In this document: positions 1 through 12,011 of the stretch, one piece after another
How positions within the stretch are numbered: position 1 is the stretch's first letter
Layout of the letters: each line of letters starts with the position of its first letter
DNA from: Eledone cirrhosa
Taxonomy: Eukaryota
Reading direction: 5' to 3'
NCBI GenBank assembly: GCA_964016885.1
Contig: OZ024744.1
Span: forward strand, 65,162,001 to 65,226,000
DNA length: 64,000 nucleotides
The notes under the pieces: generated by a model
The model's database searches: none
What the model was told of the DNA's origin: nothing
The model's input: the letters and a program-made list of their open reading frames with translations, nothing else
Program-made: the position numbers and the translations under genes

Positions 1-653
1 TGGCAGGTGTACCTAGCAGGTGTACCTAGCAGGTATACCTAGTAGGTTACCTAGTAGGTGTACTTAGTAGGTGTACCTAGCAGGTATACCTAGTAGGTTA
101 CCTAGTAGGTGTACTTAGTAGGTGTACCTAGTAGGTGTACCTAGTAGGTGTACCTAGTAGGTGTACCTAGTAGGTGTACCTAGCAGGTGTACCTAGTAGG
201 TGTACCTAGCAGGTGTACCTAGCAGGTATACCTAGCAGGTGTACCTGGCAGGTGTACCTAGCAGGTGTACCTAGTCGGTGTACCTAGTAGGTGTACTTAG
301 TAGGTGTACCTAGCAGGTGTACCTGGCAGGTGTACCTAGTAGGTGTACCTAATAGGTGTACCTAGCGGGTGTACCTAGTAGGTGTACCTAGTAGGTGTAC
401 CTGGCAGGTGTACCTAACAGGTGTACCTAACAGGTGTACCTAGCAGGTGTACCTAGTAGGTGTACCTAGCAGTTGTACCTAGTATGTGTACCTGGCAGGT
501 GTACCTGGCAGGTGTACCTAGCAGGTGTACCTAGCAGGTGTACCTAGCAGGTGTACCGAACAGGGGTACCTAGCAGGTGTACCTAGTAGGTGTACCTGGC
601 AGGTGTACCTAGTAGGTATACCTAGCAGGTGTACCTGCCAGGTGTACCTAGCA
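1..653. repeat. 13-bp minisatellite, unit AGGTGTACCTAG(C/T), about 50 copies, running off the window start
   Basis: Directly visible tandem unit. AGGTGTACCT is a near-palindrome and the variant AGGTATACCT is a perfect one. The array runs straight into decayed RTE coding sequence. Confidence 0.97.
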
Positions 654-820
654 AGACAAGTAGAAAAAAATTTTGTACATGTGCTGCATCATGAGTACTA
701 GAGAAGATCAAGATGTGGTTAGGGAAAAGTGTGTCCAAAATGATAGTGAATAACTTTCCCTCACTGATACTGAAAAGAAAGAAGCATAGGATGAAAGTCT
801 TACTATGAGAGGCTGCTGAA

Positions 821-1370
821 TCATCATTATCATCATCACCGTTTTACGTCCGTTCTTCCACGCTAGCATGGGTTAGACGGGTTGTCCTGTTGTGGGCAGT
901 GTCCGGTCGGCTGACCTTCTCTTGCTCATACAGGAACTGATTATGGCTTGATTTCTACAGCTAGATGCCCTTCCTAACATCAACCTCATTTACAGTGAGT
1001 GCTGGGTGCTTTTTTCCGTGGCGCCTACACGTTCACTTTACAGAGAGTGCTGGGTGCTTTTTTCCGTGGCACCTACACGACCACTTTGTAGTGGGAGGGT
1101 GTGGGGCATATTGTCTATATGCTTCAGCTTCGGCTTGTACCCATGGGGGGATTAGATGTTCTGTATTACTGCATGACGCCAGAGGTCACGGTCGTATTTC
1201 ATCACCTTTGAGAGATGTAACGTCGGCTTTTATCACCTCATCCCAGGTCTTCTTGAGTCGCCCCACTCCATGCTTCCATCGACTTCTAGTGCTCTGCACC
1301 TTTTTATGCAGCTGTCATCCTTCATACGCATCACATGTCCATACCAACATAACTGCCTCTCCTGCACACA
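821..1370 (-). mobile_element. 5'-truncated RTE LINE 3' end with (GAT)n tail, nested in an older RTE
   Basis: Reverse complement closely matches 35130-35670 (LHWYGHVMRMKDDSCIKRCR plus 3' UTR). It splits the host sequence ERLLN|AE.KWD. Confidence 0.9.
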
Positions 1371-1747
1371 ATGCAGAAACAAATGGGACAGTGAGGTCCT
1401 ACCCTATGTAGACCCAACTGTGGGACTAGTTTTAAAAACAACTATAGTTTATGAGATGCATCTAGGATTATAGCATAACTAATTTGAGATGGAATCAAGT
1501 TAGATGAGATGCAGTTTGGATTTAAGTGGAGATGGAGATATATAACATAGAGAAAAACTGGGGTTTCCTATATGACAACCTGCTGGAAGCCACAAACCAG
1601 GCCTGTGGCTGGAGCAAGGTCCCAGCAAGATGGAGGGAGAGGTTGTGGTGGAATTATAGGTAGATTGAACCATACAAATAAACAGACAAACCCAAAAAAG
1701 TTGGCAGAAAGGGAGAGACAAGGAGCAATAGAAGAGAGGTCAGGTGC

Positions 1748-1938
1748 CAGGTGTACTTGGTAGGTGTACCTAGCAGGTGTACCTAGCAGGTGTACCTAGT
1801 AGGTGTACCTAGTAGGTGTACCTAGTAGGTGTCCCTGGCAGGTGTACCTAGCAGGTGTACCTAGCAGGTGTACCTAGCAGGTGTACCTAGTAGGTGTACC
1901 TAGCAGGTGTACCTAGCAGGTGTACCTAGTAGGTGTAC
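1748..1938. repeat. Second array of the 13-bp minisatellite (about 14 copies)
   Basis: Same unit as 1-653, preceded by RTE codons RREVRCQVYL. Confidence 0.95.
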
Positions 1939-3261
1939 CCTATGTAGACCCAACTGTGGGACTAGTTATAAAAACAACTGTAGTTTCTGAGATGCTAAAA
2001 GCACCTAGGAGGGTAGGATATGAGCTAATAAGATGCATAGTTAATCAAGTAGTTCTAATGGTGTCATATCTAATGATTGATACAACAGTATCATTGTAAA
2101 TTGCTACAAGAGCAAAGAAGATGTACTAGAGAGAAGTAACTACTGAGGTATCAAATTGATGGATCAGGTCATGAAATTTGCTGAAAGGATTATAGCATAA
2201 CTAATTTGAGATGGAATCAAGTTAGATGAGATGCAGTTTCGATTTAAGCCAGGTAAGGGTACAACCAATGTTTTCTTTCTGGTGAGACAACTACAGGAAA
2301 GGTACTTAGCTAAGAGTAAGCCACTCTATCTGGCTTTTGTAAATTTGGAGAAGGTGTTTGATAGGGTCTCTTGTTCTGTAATCTGGTGGGCACTTAGGAA
2401 GCTAGGTGTAGATGAATGGCTTGTGAAATTTGTGCAAGCAATGTATAAAGGTGCAACTAGTAGAGTGAGTGTTGGTAATGGGTACATTGATGTTTTTGAA
2501 GTGCATGTGAGGGTCCACCAGAATAAGCCCTCAATCAACTCCTGTTTATCATTATCCGCAGGCCATCACATGTGTTTAAAACTGGCTCTGAATGGGAGTT
2601 TGTATATGTTGATGCCCTAGTCCTTATAGCTGAATCCATAGGAGAGTTAGAGGCAAAATTTCAAGCATGGAAGAACAAAGTATTGAAAGGCCTAAAAGTA
2701 AACTTAGCAATGCTGAAAGTTTTAATAAATAGGAAAGAAGACAGGAAGCAGATACCACCAGGAAAGTGACATTGTTGATATGTCAGAAAGGGGTGGGTAG
2801 AAATTCTATAAGGTGCATACAATGTAATCTATGGATGCATAAGAGATGTAGTTGGATTGCAGGCAGACAATGGAAAAGAGAGTCTTTTTATGTAGTAGAT
2901 GCACAGGAGAAGTAAGCACTAAAATAATATGTGAAATAGATTCCTTCAGTTACCAGAGAGGCTCCTTAGAAGTTGTTGAGAGCTTTTGTTACCTAAACAA
3001 TCAAATTAACAGTGGGATAGGTTTCATTCTATGTATGATAGCTAGGATCAGAACAGATTGGAAAAGGTTTAGAGAACTGTTACCTCAGCTGACAACAATG
3101 GGCCTCTCTCTCAGGGTGAAGGGTAGACTGTATGATACATAGAAACCAAGCCAGAAACAGTTCTGTATGAGCAAGACACAGTCACCTAACCCGACTTGTC
3201 TCAAACAGGACAGCCCAAATTAGTTCTCTGCTATACGGATCAGTCAAGGTTGGTTTATATC

Positions 3262-3477
3262 TTAACCCTTTAGCATTTAAAACAGCTGAATCTGGCCAGA
3301 ATTCTCTCGCAAGTTTTTGATCAAACTGGCCATAACTAGCCACTCGTACTGATGTTAAGGTATTGTTCTCAAAATAAATAACATCAAAGTCTCATAGATT
3401 TGATACTATGTGAGGTAAAGCCTTTACCGGGAAAATACAATAGTAAATATAGAGTAATGTAAATGCTAAAGGGTTAA
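3262..3477 (+). mobile_element. piggyBac-like MITE
   Basis: TTAA-CCCTTTAGCATTTA ... TAAATGCTAAAGGG-TTAA: terminal inverted repeat starting CCC, with a TTAA target duplication. Confidence 0.9.
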
Positions 3478-4030
3478 TGATCCCAAATTGAGCTACAATT
3501 ATAGGTCTAAACATTTTTATGTGATATTATTAACTATTAACAACCTGTAGCACATGAAACCAGATTAGCATGGAAATTTATTAAACACTACTATGCTTGC
3601 ACCACAATAAAATTAAAGCCTTTACTCGAATACTGCAGATTTTCACAATCTGTGTGCTAGTAAAAATACTATAAACATTTGAATTAATAAACCTGTTTGT
3701 AGATATTTTCTGCTAAATCATTTCAGGATGTTAAAAGAAAATAAGGTCAGGTCAGTATTATTTAATCAGTTTCATCATAGGAGTGTCGGAGACTAAAATG
3801 CAACAATTATTACAGTAATTTTTGGCAAATTACAACATTTTAACAACCATTTAAATTCTTCTAATTTAGTACTACCACATTACCACAGCCACAACGATTA
3901 TTACTACAATTTTCACAACCACCACTACTACCATGCTCATTTCCAATCAATCCATGTAGAGGAACGTTTCCAGATCTTTCTTTTTCAAAGAAACTTCATA
4001 CAATTATTCAAAGAGCATGAAACCAAGATA

Positions 4031-4259
4031 TTAAACCATTAGCATTAGAATTACTCTATATATATTATTGTATTTTTGTGGTAAAAACTTTAACCCATAT
4101 AATTATCTCATATAATATCAAATCTATGAGATTTTGATATTATTTATTTTGAGAACAAAACCTTAACATCGGTATGAGTGGCCGGTTACAGCCAGTTTGA
4201 AAAGAAAGAGGTGAGAGAATTCTGGCCAGATGCGGCCGGTTTAAATGTTAAAGGGTTAA
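4031..4259 (-). mobile_element. piggyBac-like MITE, same family
   Basis: Reverse complement of the 3262 element, with TTAA at both ends. Confidence 0.88.
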
Positions 4260-4384
4260 CTCAACCATTTAATTGGTGAAACATATTCTTAAGCAATAAT
4301 ACAATATGTATGAGAGGATATGAATAATTACAGAATATCTCAGGTATTTACAATTTAAATATGCCACCTTTTGAAATTATATAT

Positions 4385-4660
4385 AGTTGAAAAGAACAAA
4401 CAAATGCAGGAGGCAATTGTACACAGTTGTATTAGGTTCACGCTTAGTGGCAGTGGAAGAGGTTTCAATGTTTCAGACAGGAGTCCTTCATCAGGAAAGA
4501 TAAGATAGGGAGAACAGGAACTCTGCGAAGCTTGTAAGGAGGGAAGTTAACAAGTAAAGAACACAATATGAAGGGGAAAACAAAAATAAATATATCAATA
4601 TATATGGAATAATCGGTATGTATCTTCGTATATGTATGTATATGAAATAAACTGCATTAG
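4385..4660 (-). mobile_element. Penelope-like element terminal fragment with a degenerate hammerhead at 4463-4498
   Basis: Minus strand tttc-CTGATGA-aggac-tcct-gtct-GAAAC-ATT-gaaa. Paralogous to 34255-34375 and 8512-8547; flanked by TA repeats. Confidence 0.7.
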
Positions 4661-4708
4661 AGACAGTTTACTTTGTGGAGTTATATATTAATATATATAT
4701 ATATATAT

Positions 4709-4980
4709 ACAATAGAACCTCACAGTACAAATGCCCCATTGTACGAGTAATTTGCAGTACAAGCCGAGACTCATGCACATTTTTGTCTTGTAGTACAAGT
4801 GGAAATCTGCAGTACAAGCAAGTTACATACAAGTGACCTTTAGTTCGCGATGAGCACACACACACTCACCCAACAAGTGCAGCCTACGCTTGCTCAGTTC
4901 ACATGTTTATCTCGTGGCAGCATCCCTAATGTGTTTTTATTTTGTAGTTTTGTGCGTTTTTTTGCTATTATTTTATAATA
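4709..4980 (+). mobile_element. Possible pogo/Tigger-like DNA transposon end fragment
   Basis: TA-CAATAGAACCTC start followed by repeated GTACAAG subterminal motifs. No second terminus seen. Confidence 0.35.
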
Positions 4981-4984
4981 ATAA

Positions 4985-5145
4985 CGCCATGCTTTGCAGC
5001 ACAGTTACATCCATTTATGGACCGAGTTCAAATCCTGCCGAGGTTAACTTTGCCTTTCATCCTTACGGGGTCGGTAAAATAAAGTACCAGTAATGTACTG
5101 GGATAATTGCTGGCTTCGTGCCAAAAGTAGAAACAATTATTTTAT
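4985..5145 (+). mobile_element. tRNA-derived SINE family A, 5'-truncated
   Basis: B-box-like GAGTTCAAATCC, body GCCTTTCATCCTTACGGGGTCGGTAAAATAAAGTACCAG, tail GTAGAAACAATTATT. Confidence 0.85.
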
Positions 5146-5409
5146 AATTATTGTACCTTTTCTGTTTTAAAACCCACTATAAAAAAGGAATTTTGGCTGG
5201 TTTTGTGGGGCTGGAACAGATTATTTATATTTAAAATAATTTCAATTGAAAAAATTGTTTTGTAAAACGAATAAATCGTAAAACGAGCTCGGTCATGGAA
5301 TGAATTAAACTCGTACTGCGAGGTATCACTGTATATATACAAACATGTATACACACACATATATATATATATATATATACACGCACATACAATGATGGTG
5401 ATGGTGATA

Positions 5410-6418
5410 ATAGATATATATCATCATCATCATCATCATCATCATCATATTTACATCCATTTGTTTATGCTTGTATGTGTTGGACAGGTTCTTTCCAAAA
5501 CAGCATCTTGCCACTTGTTGCATTCCTTTGTTATCTTGTTTGTGAGGTTCAACATCCTGAGATCAGCTTTCACTACCACTTCTATGCATGTTTTTCTCTT
5601 CCACTTGAAACACCTGGCACTTCTTTACCTAATTGTCATCAGCTAAGCCTTTTGCTCTTATAGCAAGTGTTTTTCTTTCAACTTATCTGTACTTCATTAT
5701 TCATGCACCCTAGAATTACACATCCAACAAAGCATGCCCATTTCATTTCTTTTCCAGCTTTACACATATACTGGATAACATGTCCACATCTTGCTATCAT
5801 GCAACCTTGCATTACATACTTAACCCTTTAGCATTTAAACCGGCCATAACCGGCCAGAATTCTCTCACCTCTTTCTATTCAAACAGGCCATAACCAGCCA
5901 CTCGTACTTATGTTAAGGTATTTTTCTCAAAATATATAATATCGAAATCTCATAGATTCGATAATATGTGAGATAATTATATGAGATAAAGTGTTTACCA
6001 TGAAAATACAATAGTATATATAGAGTAATGTAAATGGTAAAAGGTTAAACATCATATAATCTACATTATGCTTGAAGAGTGAATTTCTTTGTTGGCAGCG
6101 CCTTGAAATTTTTCTCTTCTTTTCTTATTCTAATCACTATGGTATCAGAGCACCCTCTTTCATAGCTAATTAGTGCAACAAGGTAACAGAAGCTATCAAT
6201 CACTTCTTTGAAGCCATATGAGTATTGAAAATTTTTTATTTTTCTAGTACTTTGGCTGCTAACTACTCCTGTACATCTGTCTTATTGAAAATTGACTCTA
6301 CCTTCTCCGATATCCTTCCTGGGATTACTTTTCTTTTACATTGAGTACACTTTATATAATTCCTACCTCATTTTCTACATATCAAGCATGGCCATTTTCT
6401 TGTCTTCTTTCCTACAAG
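5410..6418 (-). mobile_element. Highly decayed RTE 3' part, interrupted by a MITE
   Basis: (CAT)n tail at 5421-5447 and remnants of SFCYL and CWMCN motifs on the minus strand. Confidence 0.7.
5820..6048 (+). mobile_element. piggyBac-like MITE
   Basis: TTAACCCTTTAGCATTTA start, AAGGTTAA end, same body as the 3262 element. Confidence 0.88.
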
Positions 6419-6419
6419 T

Positions 6420-6613
6420 TTAACTCTTTAGCATTTACATTACTCTATATTTACTATTGTATTTTCATGGTAAAGGCTTTACTTCACATAATTATCTCAC
6501 ATAATATCAAATCTGTCAGATTTTGATGCTATTTATTTTGAGAACAATACCTTAACATCAGTATGAGTGTCAGTTATGGCTGGTTTGAACAGAAAAAGGT
6601 GAAAGAATTCTGG
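6420..6613 (-). mobile_element. piggyBac-like MITE, one end deleted
   Basis: TTAACTCTTTAGCATTTAC start; body matches the family; truncated at GAATTCTGG. Confidence 0.8.
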
Positions 6614-6639
6614 TATCACTTGATCTAAGCGAGTATGTA

Positions 6640-7055
6640 TGTCAGGTCACTCTTCAGTGCTACTGGTAACATCTAACCCAATACTACCTGTCCATGGTTG
6701 GGTTGTCGGCAACTAAACTGGCACTCATCCAAGCTTGCTTGGGGAGGAGTGTGATTTTGAACAGCCTTAGTCAAGGTGCGGAGGAACTCAGGAGAGTCAA
6801 CGGCCATCCAATAAAGTTTAAAATTTTTTTTTTTTTTTTCATGGAGCAAGAGACTCCTAGCTTTCATTAAGACAGCTCCCTAGGAGAAGGTCACTCTGAT
6901 ATAAAACTTGCGACTTCATTTGCATCCAATGATGTAGACCATTTCTTCTTTTGGGGGTAAATGCATTTAATGTTCAGAGAGTGGGACTGGTCCCGTGCAA
7001 AGCCTTTCCTCACTTAAAAAAGCTTTAAGCACAGGCATCGCTTGATTTGTGACAT
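6640..7055 (+). mobile_element. Non-coding RTE-related element (5' UTR-like part)
   Basis: Near-collinear with 18300-18631 plus 19321-19415. Contains the CTAGGAGAAGG..ACTCTGATATAAAAC motif repeated across the window. Confidence 0.7.
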
Positions 7056-7466
7056 AAAGACCTTGCTAAGTTTACTCTGGGAAAAAAATATGTCTTGTGA
7101 AAACAAAACAAACAAAAATACTTGTTGGGTAAAATGCATTTTTTAAAAACTCAAAGGAAATACAAAATATATTTGATATTTGAAAATGGTTTCTACTTTA
7201 ATCTATTTAGCACAAACAGTAAAGTATATAGGACAGACATAAATACATATTTCTGCTAACCATGTGGGAGTGTGCGATAACCTACAGGCTGTTCACTTGT
7301 GTGTTTGAGCAAATTAAACAGGTATTGAATAAAGGACACAATACTGTTTGTGGAGTCATTTAAAAATAAGGCTGTGAAATCAGATTGATATATATATATA
7401 TATATAGTGACGAAACATAAGTCAATTGCATGAACTCATAATCCTTTATTTATATATATATATATA

Positions 7467-7710
7467 AAAAATTGAAAAAGTGAAGAATAACATGGTCAAC
7501 GGTACAAAAAAGGGGATTTATTTACAGTCTAACAATTTTTTATAACAGTTTCTGATGATCTGAATGAGCTAGCATCGTATTTGAAATTGAGTGGCACTGC
7601 TTCTAGTGTTCAGCAATTTTTAGACAACTTAATCAGAGAAACAATTGGTAGACTGTAAATAAATCCTCTTTTTTGTACTGTTGACCATGTTATTCTCCAC
7701 TTTTTCAATG
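7467..7710. repeat. Inverted repeat (arms about 70 bp), Penelope-like, enclosing a near-intact hammerhead at 7545-7656 (+)
   Basis: 7471-7537 is the reverse complement of 7643-7709. acagttt-CTGATGA-tctga...tcaga-GAAAC-AATT-GGT-agactgt. Confidence 0.75.
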
Positions 7711-7876
7711 TTATTACTCCAAGATAAACTTATATAGAAATACAAGTGAAATCATAAACTTGTCATTTACGTAAACCTCATGTTGAGTCAAGCAACGCCG
7801 TACACTAAAACTATCCATAATAAGAAGTATTCACAACCTCTAATTGGATTACCTATAATGATATTTTGTTATCCCT

Positions 7877-7911
<35 letters not shown>

Positions 7912-8511
7912 ATCCCCAATTTCTTTAATATTACACATATATGTTCATGCTTAATTCTCTACCCTTTGCCACGTCATGTTTACCCCATCCATTATCACAC
8001 ACGCGCTTGTATATTCACCCCTAGATTCCTATGGCTCTCTTATGGTCAGACACATATACTCTTACAGCTGATACAGACCAACAAAATACGCACACACACC
8101 TCTACTTTTCCCTTCACAGCTCTATATACACACACTCCCTTATATTAACATACTTTTGCTCACAGCTTCGTATTTACAAGCACACACACTCTTTTACCTA
8201 CATATACACATATTCTCTTAGCTTTGAATGGACATAAAATAACACATGCACACACACATACACACACAAACATACACATTCATATGTTCACACACACATA
8301 TATATATATGTATATACAAAACAATTTTTTCCATTTCAGGTAGATGCGCTCCATCATCCACTTTTCTAAAAAAGTATATTATACACAAAACATCAGCGTC
8401 AACAGTTTTCCAAGAGATGTCAATACGAATGGAAACTGTTATTTTTATCTAAAGACATTTTTTCCAATTCAGCCCTGCCCGTCCCATCAATCTTTCTAAT
8501 TTCTCATTCTT

Positions 8512-8547
8512 TCTTCTGATGAAAGACTAGCGTCCGAAACGTTAAGA
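8512..8547 (+). ncRNA. Minimal type I hammerhead motif (Penelope-type), one stem II mismatch
   Basis: tctt-CTGATGA-aagac-tagc-gtcc-GAAAC-GTT-aaga: core boxes intact, 4-bp stem I, loopless palindromic stem III AACGTT. Confidence 0.7.
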
Positions 8548-8624
8548 CCCTCTTCCTGCTATTTCAAGCGTTAAACTAATATATTCCTTCCATGTACTGT
8601 ACCGATTGTGTTGGAATTTCTGTT

Positions 8625-8667
<43 letters not shown>

Positions 8668-9134
8668 CACACTACCATTATAAAACTCTTATGTCTGACG
8701 AGCATTCGATTCCAGAGTCAGGCTTGATCATGATCAGTCGTACCTTGAGCAGACCAATTACAAAACATGTGTCATGCAAGAATAAAATATGTATAAGATG
8801 TTAAACTGATATTTCATTCCCACTTGCTTATTATATATAGAGAGTTTTTTCACTTAAATTTAATATCTAATATTGCTTCTCTGATTAATATTTTATCTAT
8901 ATATTTTATTCATTCATTGAGATGTTTAAGTATTAGAGACTAATTAATATTTAAGTATTATATATACATACATACATATATATATATAAAGTGACGAAAC
9001 ATAAGTCAATTGCATGAACTCATAATCCTTTATTTGCTGCTATATATATTTTGATGATAGCCATTGAATGGCTATGACCTCATCAGGAAGTTAGTCAGTT
9101 CTGTGTTTACAGTGTTGATGGTATCACAGCCTTG

Positions 9135-9197
<63 letters not shown>

Positions 9198-9373
9198 TTA
9201 ATAAGATATCGTTTAAGGTAATCCAAGTACAAATTATGAGTACTCTGTATCAAGGATAGTTTTAACGTTTGGCATCATTTGATTCAACAAGACGTTTCAT
9301 TAGTCGGGTGGCCGATTGAAGACAGTTCCTAGGTAAGTGGTTCTTCGAGTAATAATAGAAAATGAGTGAAGAG

Positions 9374-9419
<46 letters not shown>

Positions 9420-9420
<1 letters not shown>

Positions 9421-9630
9421 GAAGGAAATGTGGTAAGGAACCAGATGGACCATAACGCACCAAAGTACTCAATACTTAGGGTAAGTAGAGTGGGTAATAG
9501 GAACGAGTAGGACCCCGACGGCTGAGCTCAAGCCGTTTCGACGGCTAATTCTGGACTAAAATGGATTTTAGTCCAGAATTAGCCGTTGAAACGGCTTGAG
9601 CTCAGCCGTCGGGGTCCTACTCGTTCCTAT
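9420..9630. mobile_element. Penelope-like terminal fragment forming a 66-bp-arm fold-back (9497-9630)
   Basis: Arms 9497-9562 and 9565-9630 have one mismatch. Contains a hammerhead 3' half GAAAC-GGCT..AGCC-GTC. Bounded by (TA)n; paralog at 27577-27760. Confidence 0.8.
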
Positions 9631-9642
9631 ATATATATATAT

Positions 9643-10062
9643 TGTTATATTTGGTGATGGTCCTGTTGCCAGTATTGCCAAAAAAATGAAACACACATCA
9701 TATGATTTTCATTTTACACTTTATCTTTATTACTAGTTATCTGTCAGTTCGTCAAAGTTCTTTTGTCACACATTCTGTAATCCCTCAATGACTATATGTT
9801 CTCTTTTGTATCTCCTCTTCTTTCTGATCTTAATTTGTTGAAGACAAGATGGAGTAGCATATTAAGTCCAGAAAGAAGACAAAAACAAGATGGTGTAAGA
9901 TAGAACAAAGGAGAGACACTGAGGAGGTCACAGAATGTGTGACAAAAGAACTTTGATGACAATCAACAACTAACTGACTGAGAAATTATAATATTAAATT
10001 GAAGTGAAACCCAACAAGTGCATGTGTTTTTTATTGGCAGCATGACTCTCCCACCGTATAAC
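9643..10062. mobile_element. Two diverged Penelope-like terminal fragments in inverted orientation
   Basis: GTCACACATTCTGT at about 9766 versus ACAGAATGTGTGAC at about 9930. Degenerate hammerhead CTGAGGA-ggtcaca-gaatg-tgtgac-AAAA; same family as 45330-45840. Confidence 0.65.
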
Positions 10063-10156
10063 AATATCTGTTTCAACACACGTTTCCAGATAAAAAATCT
10101 TGCCAAATAAATACAAAAACGAAGTATATATGTGTGTGCGCGCACGTGTGTGTGTA

Positions 10157-10261
<105 letters not shown>

Positions 10262-10862
10262 AACTGGTCTATCTGGAATACAGGAGCAAAATTCATTTCC
10301 TCGAATGTAGTAACTACAGAGACATTAAACTACTGGAACAAATTATGAAAGTGACAGAAGGAGTTATTGCAAATTGATCTGAAGCATAATTAAGAAATGC
10401 AGTTTAGATTTCAGCTATACAGAGGTACTACTGACACTATTTTCTGGTAAGATAATTAATTACTGAAGTACTTGACAGGAACAAGCCCCTATTCTTAGCA
10501 TTTGTTGACCTGGAGAAGTCCTTTAACAGGGTCACACTCTCTGTGATCAGGGGCACTAAGGAAGTTAGTGGATGAATAGCTGGTAAGAGCTGTACAAGCC
10601 ATGCACAAAGGTGCAGCCAGCAAGATGAGAGTTAGGAATAAACTCAGTGACAAATTTTGAATAGAATTAGGGGTCCACCATAGCCCAGTCCTCAGTCTGT
10701 TATATATAAGCTGTAGCTGAGGAGATTGTGACTGACTCTCCTATGTGCAGATGACTTAGTGCTCATAGCAGAATCCTTAAAAGCGTTAGAGAAGTAATTT
10801 CAAACATGGAATTAAAGAGCTTCTGTAGAAACGAAGACATCTCTGATACCATCAGAGAAGTG

Positions 10863-11154
10863 TCCAAGTCTAAAGTTTGTCTTAAACCAGAAGGCCTGTT
10901 AGGCCGGTGCTTATCCCGGCTTCATGGCGTGAAGCGACTGAGAGTATAAGACTCTTCTCTAGACAGGTTGCCTGACCATCACAGGGTTAATACGCCAGCT
11001 ATTACTGGTACTCATTTTCAGCTGAGTATACTGGAGCAATGTGAAATGAAGTGTTTTGCTTAAGAACATAACAGATAACCCAGTCCAAGAATCGAACCCA
11101 CGACATTATGATTGTAAGACCAACACCCTTACCACTAGGCCATGCGCCTCCACT
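10863..11154 (-). mobile_element. tRNA-derived SINE family B with 12-bp TSD
   Basis: Minus strand GGCCTAGTGGTAAGG (A box) ... GGTTCGATTC (B box). TSD ATCAGAGAAGTG at 10851-10862 and 11155-11166. Confidence 0.9.
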
Positions 11155-11680
11155 ATCAGAGAAGTGGCCCTAATCAATATGCAGAAATTCCATACTGTTT
11201 ATCCAATGTAACCTATGGACACACATAGAGCAGCATTATAGGTAAGCTGAAAGAAAAAGTAGACTTCATATGTGGTAGATGTTCAGCAGTGGTTAAACAT
11301 AAGAACACACAACAAATTCTCTCAAATCTTCTTCAGAAGACAAACCAGAAGTAGTGAATAGCTTTTGCTATTTTGGTCTCACCAGCAGCAGAGTAAGGTG
11401 CATTGAAAACATAGTAACCAGAATAAGAACAGGGTAGAAAAAGTTCTGAGAGTTATTACCTGTGCTGGCAACAAAAACTTTTCCCTCCAAGTGGATGGCA
11501 AACTGTATGATGTTTACATATGAAATGTGATGCTTCATGTTAGTGAAACTTGTGCCTTGAATACAGACGATCTGCAGTGGCTGGAAAGAAATGGGGGTGT
11601 AATGATAATGTGCAAGTGTGACAGAATATAGACGTACTGCAAGAGGAACTGGATATAAAAGGAATCCAATGTAATATACA

Positions 11681-12011
11681 TGTCCATAGTATTGGAGTTG
11701 TGATCTCTCAATTCGGAGAAGTAGTGGCTCTACCTGGAGTGACTCTCTAATCTCTGAGCTATGCACTTTATCAAGTAACGTTACTCCAAAGACCCTTCCG
11801 ATACTTTAGACATGTAGTTAGAATATCTCAGGAAAGAATCTGTGGACAGATTTTACTGGCAAAACCAACTGGTAAGAGACCCAGCTTGGCTGGTCATGCT
11901 TGGGGATCCATCCGCATCAGTTGGAGAAAGTTGCTTCTGACAGGACCCACTGGAAGGAATGTTTGAGGACTCTGCCCCCACGACCCTCTCAGGAATAAGT
12001 GGGCGAAGAAG
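11681..12011. mobile_element. 5'-inverted, truncated RTE element of another family, with 12-bp TSD
   Basis: Minus part encodes VTLLDKVHSSEIRESLQVEPLLLRIERSQLQYYGHV; plus part encodes RYFRHVVRISQER...LRTLPPRPSQE*. TSD ATGTAATATACA at 11669-11680 and 12012-12023. Confidence 0.85.

Larger units (their letters stand above)
640..3140 (+). mobile_element. Decayed, internally duplicated RTE-clade LINE (RT region)
   Basis: ORF pieces MQFRFKPGKGTTNVFFLVRQLQERYLAKSKPLYLAFVNLEKVFDRV and LEVVESFCYL...RTDWKRFRELLP align by eye with the 24558 ORF. Many stops and frameshifts. Blocks 1401-1526 recur at 1937-1995 and 2186-2248. Confidence 0.9.

Noticed and set aside
1-653. Palindromic repeat array as a CRISPR array
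   Set aside because: Head-to-tail 13-mers with no unique spacers, no cas genes, and a eukaryotic context.
8690-8778. Hammerheads at 8696, 46033 and 47755-47868
   Set aside because: Core boxes are partly present but stems I or II do not pair convincingly.
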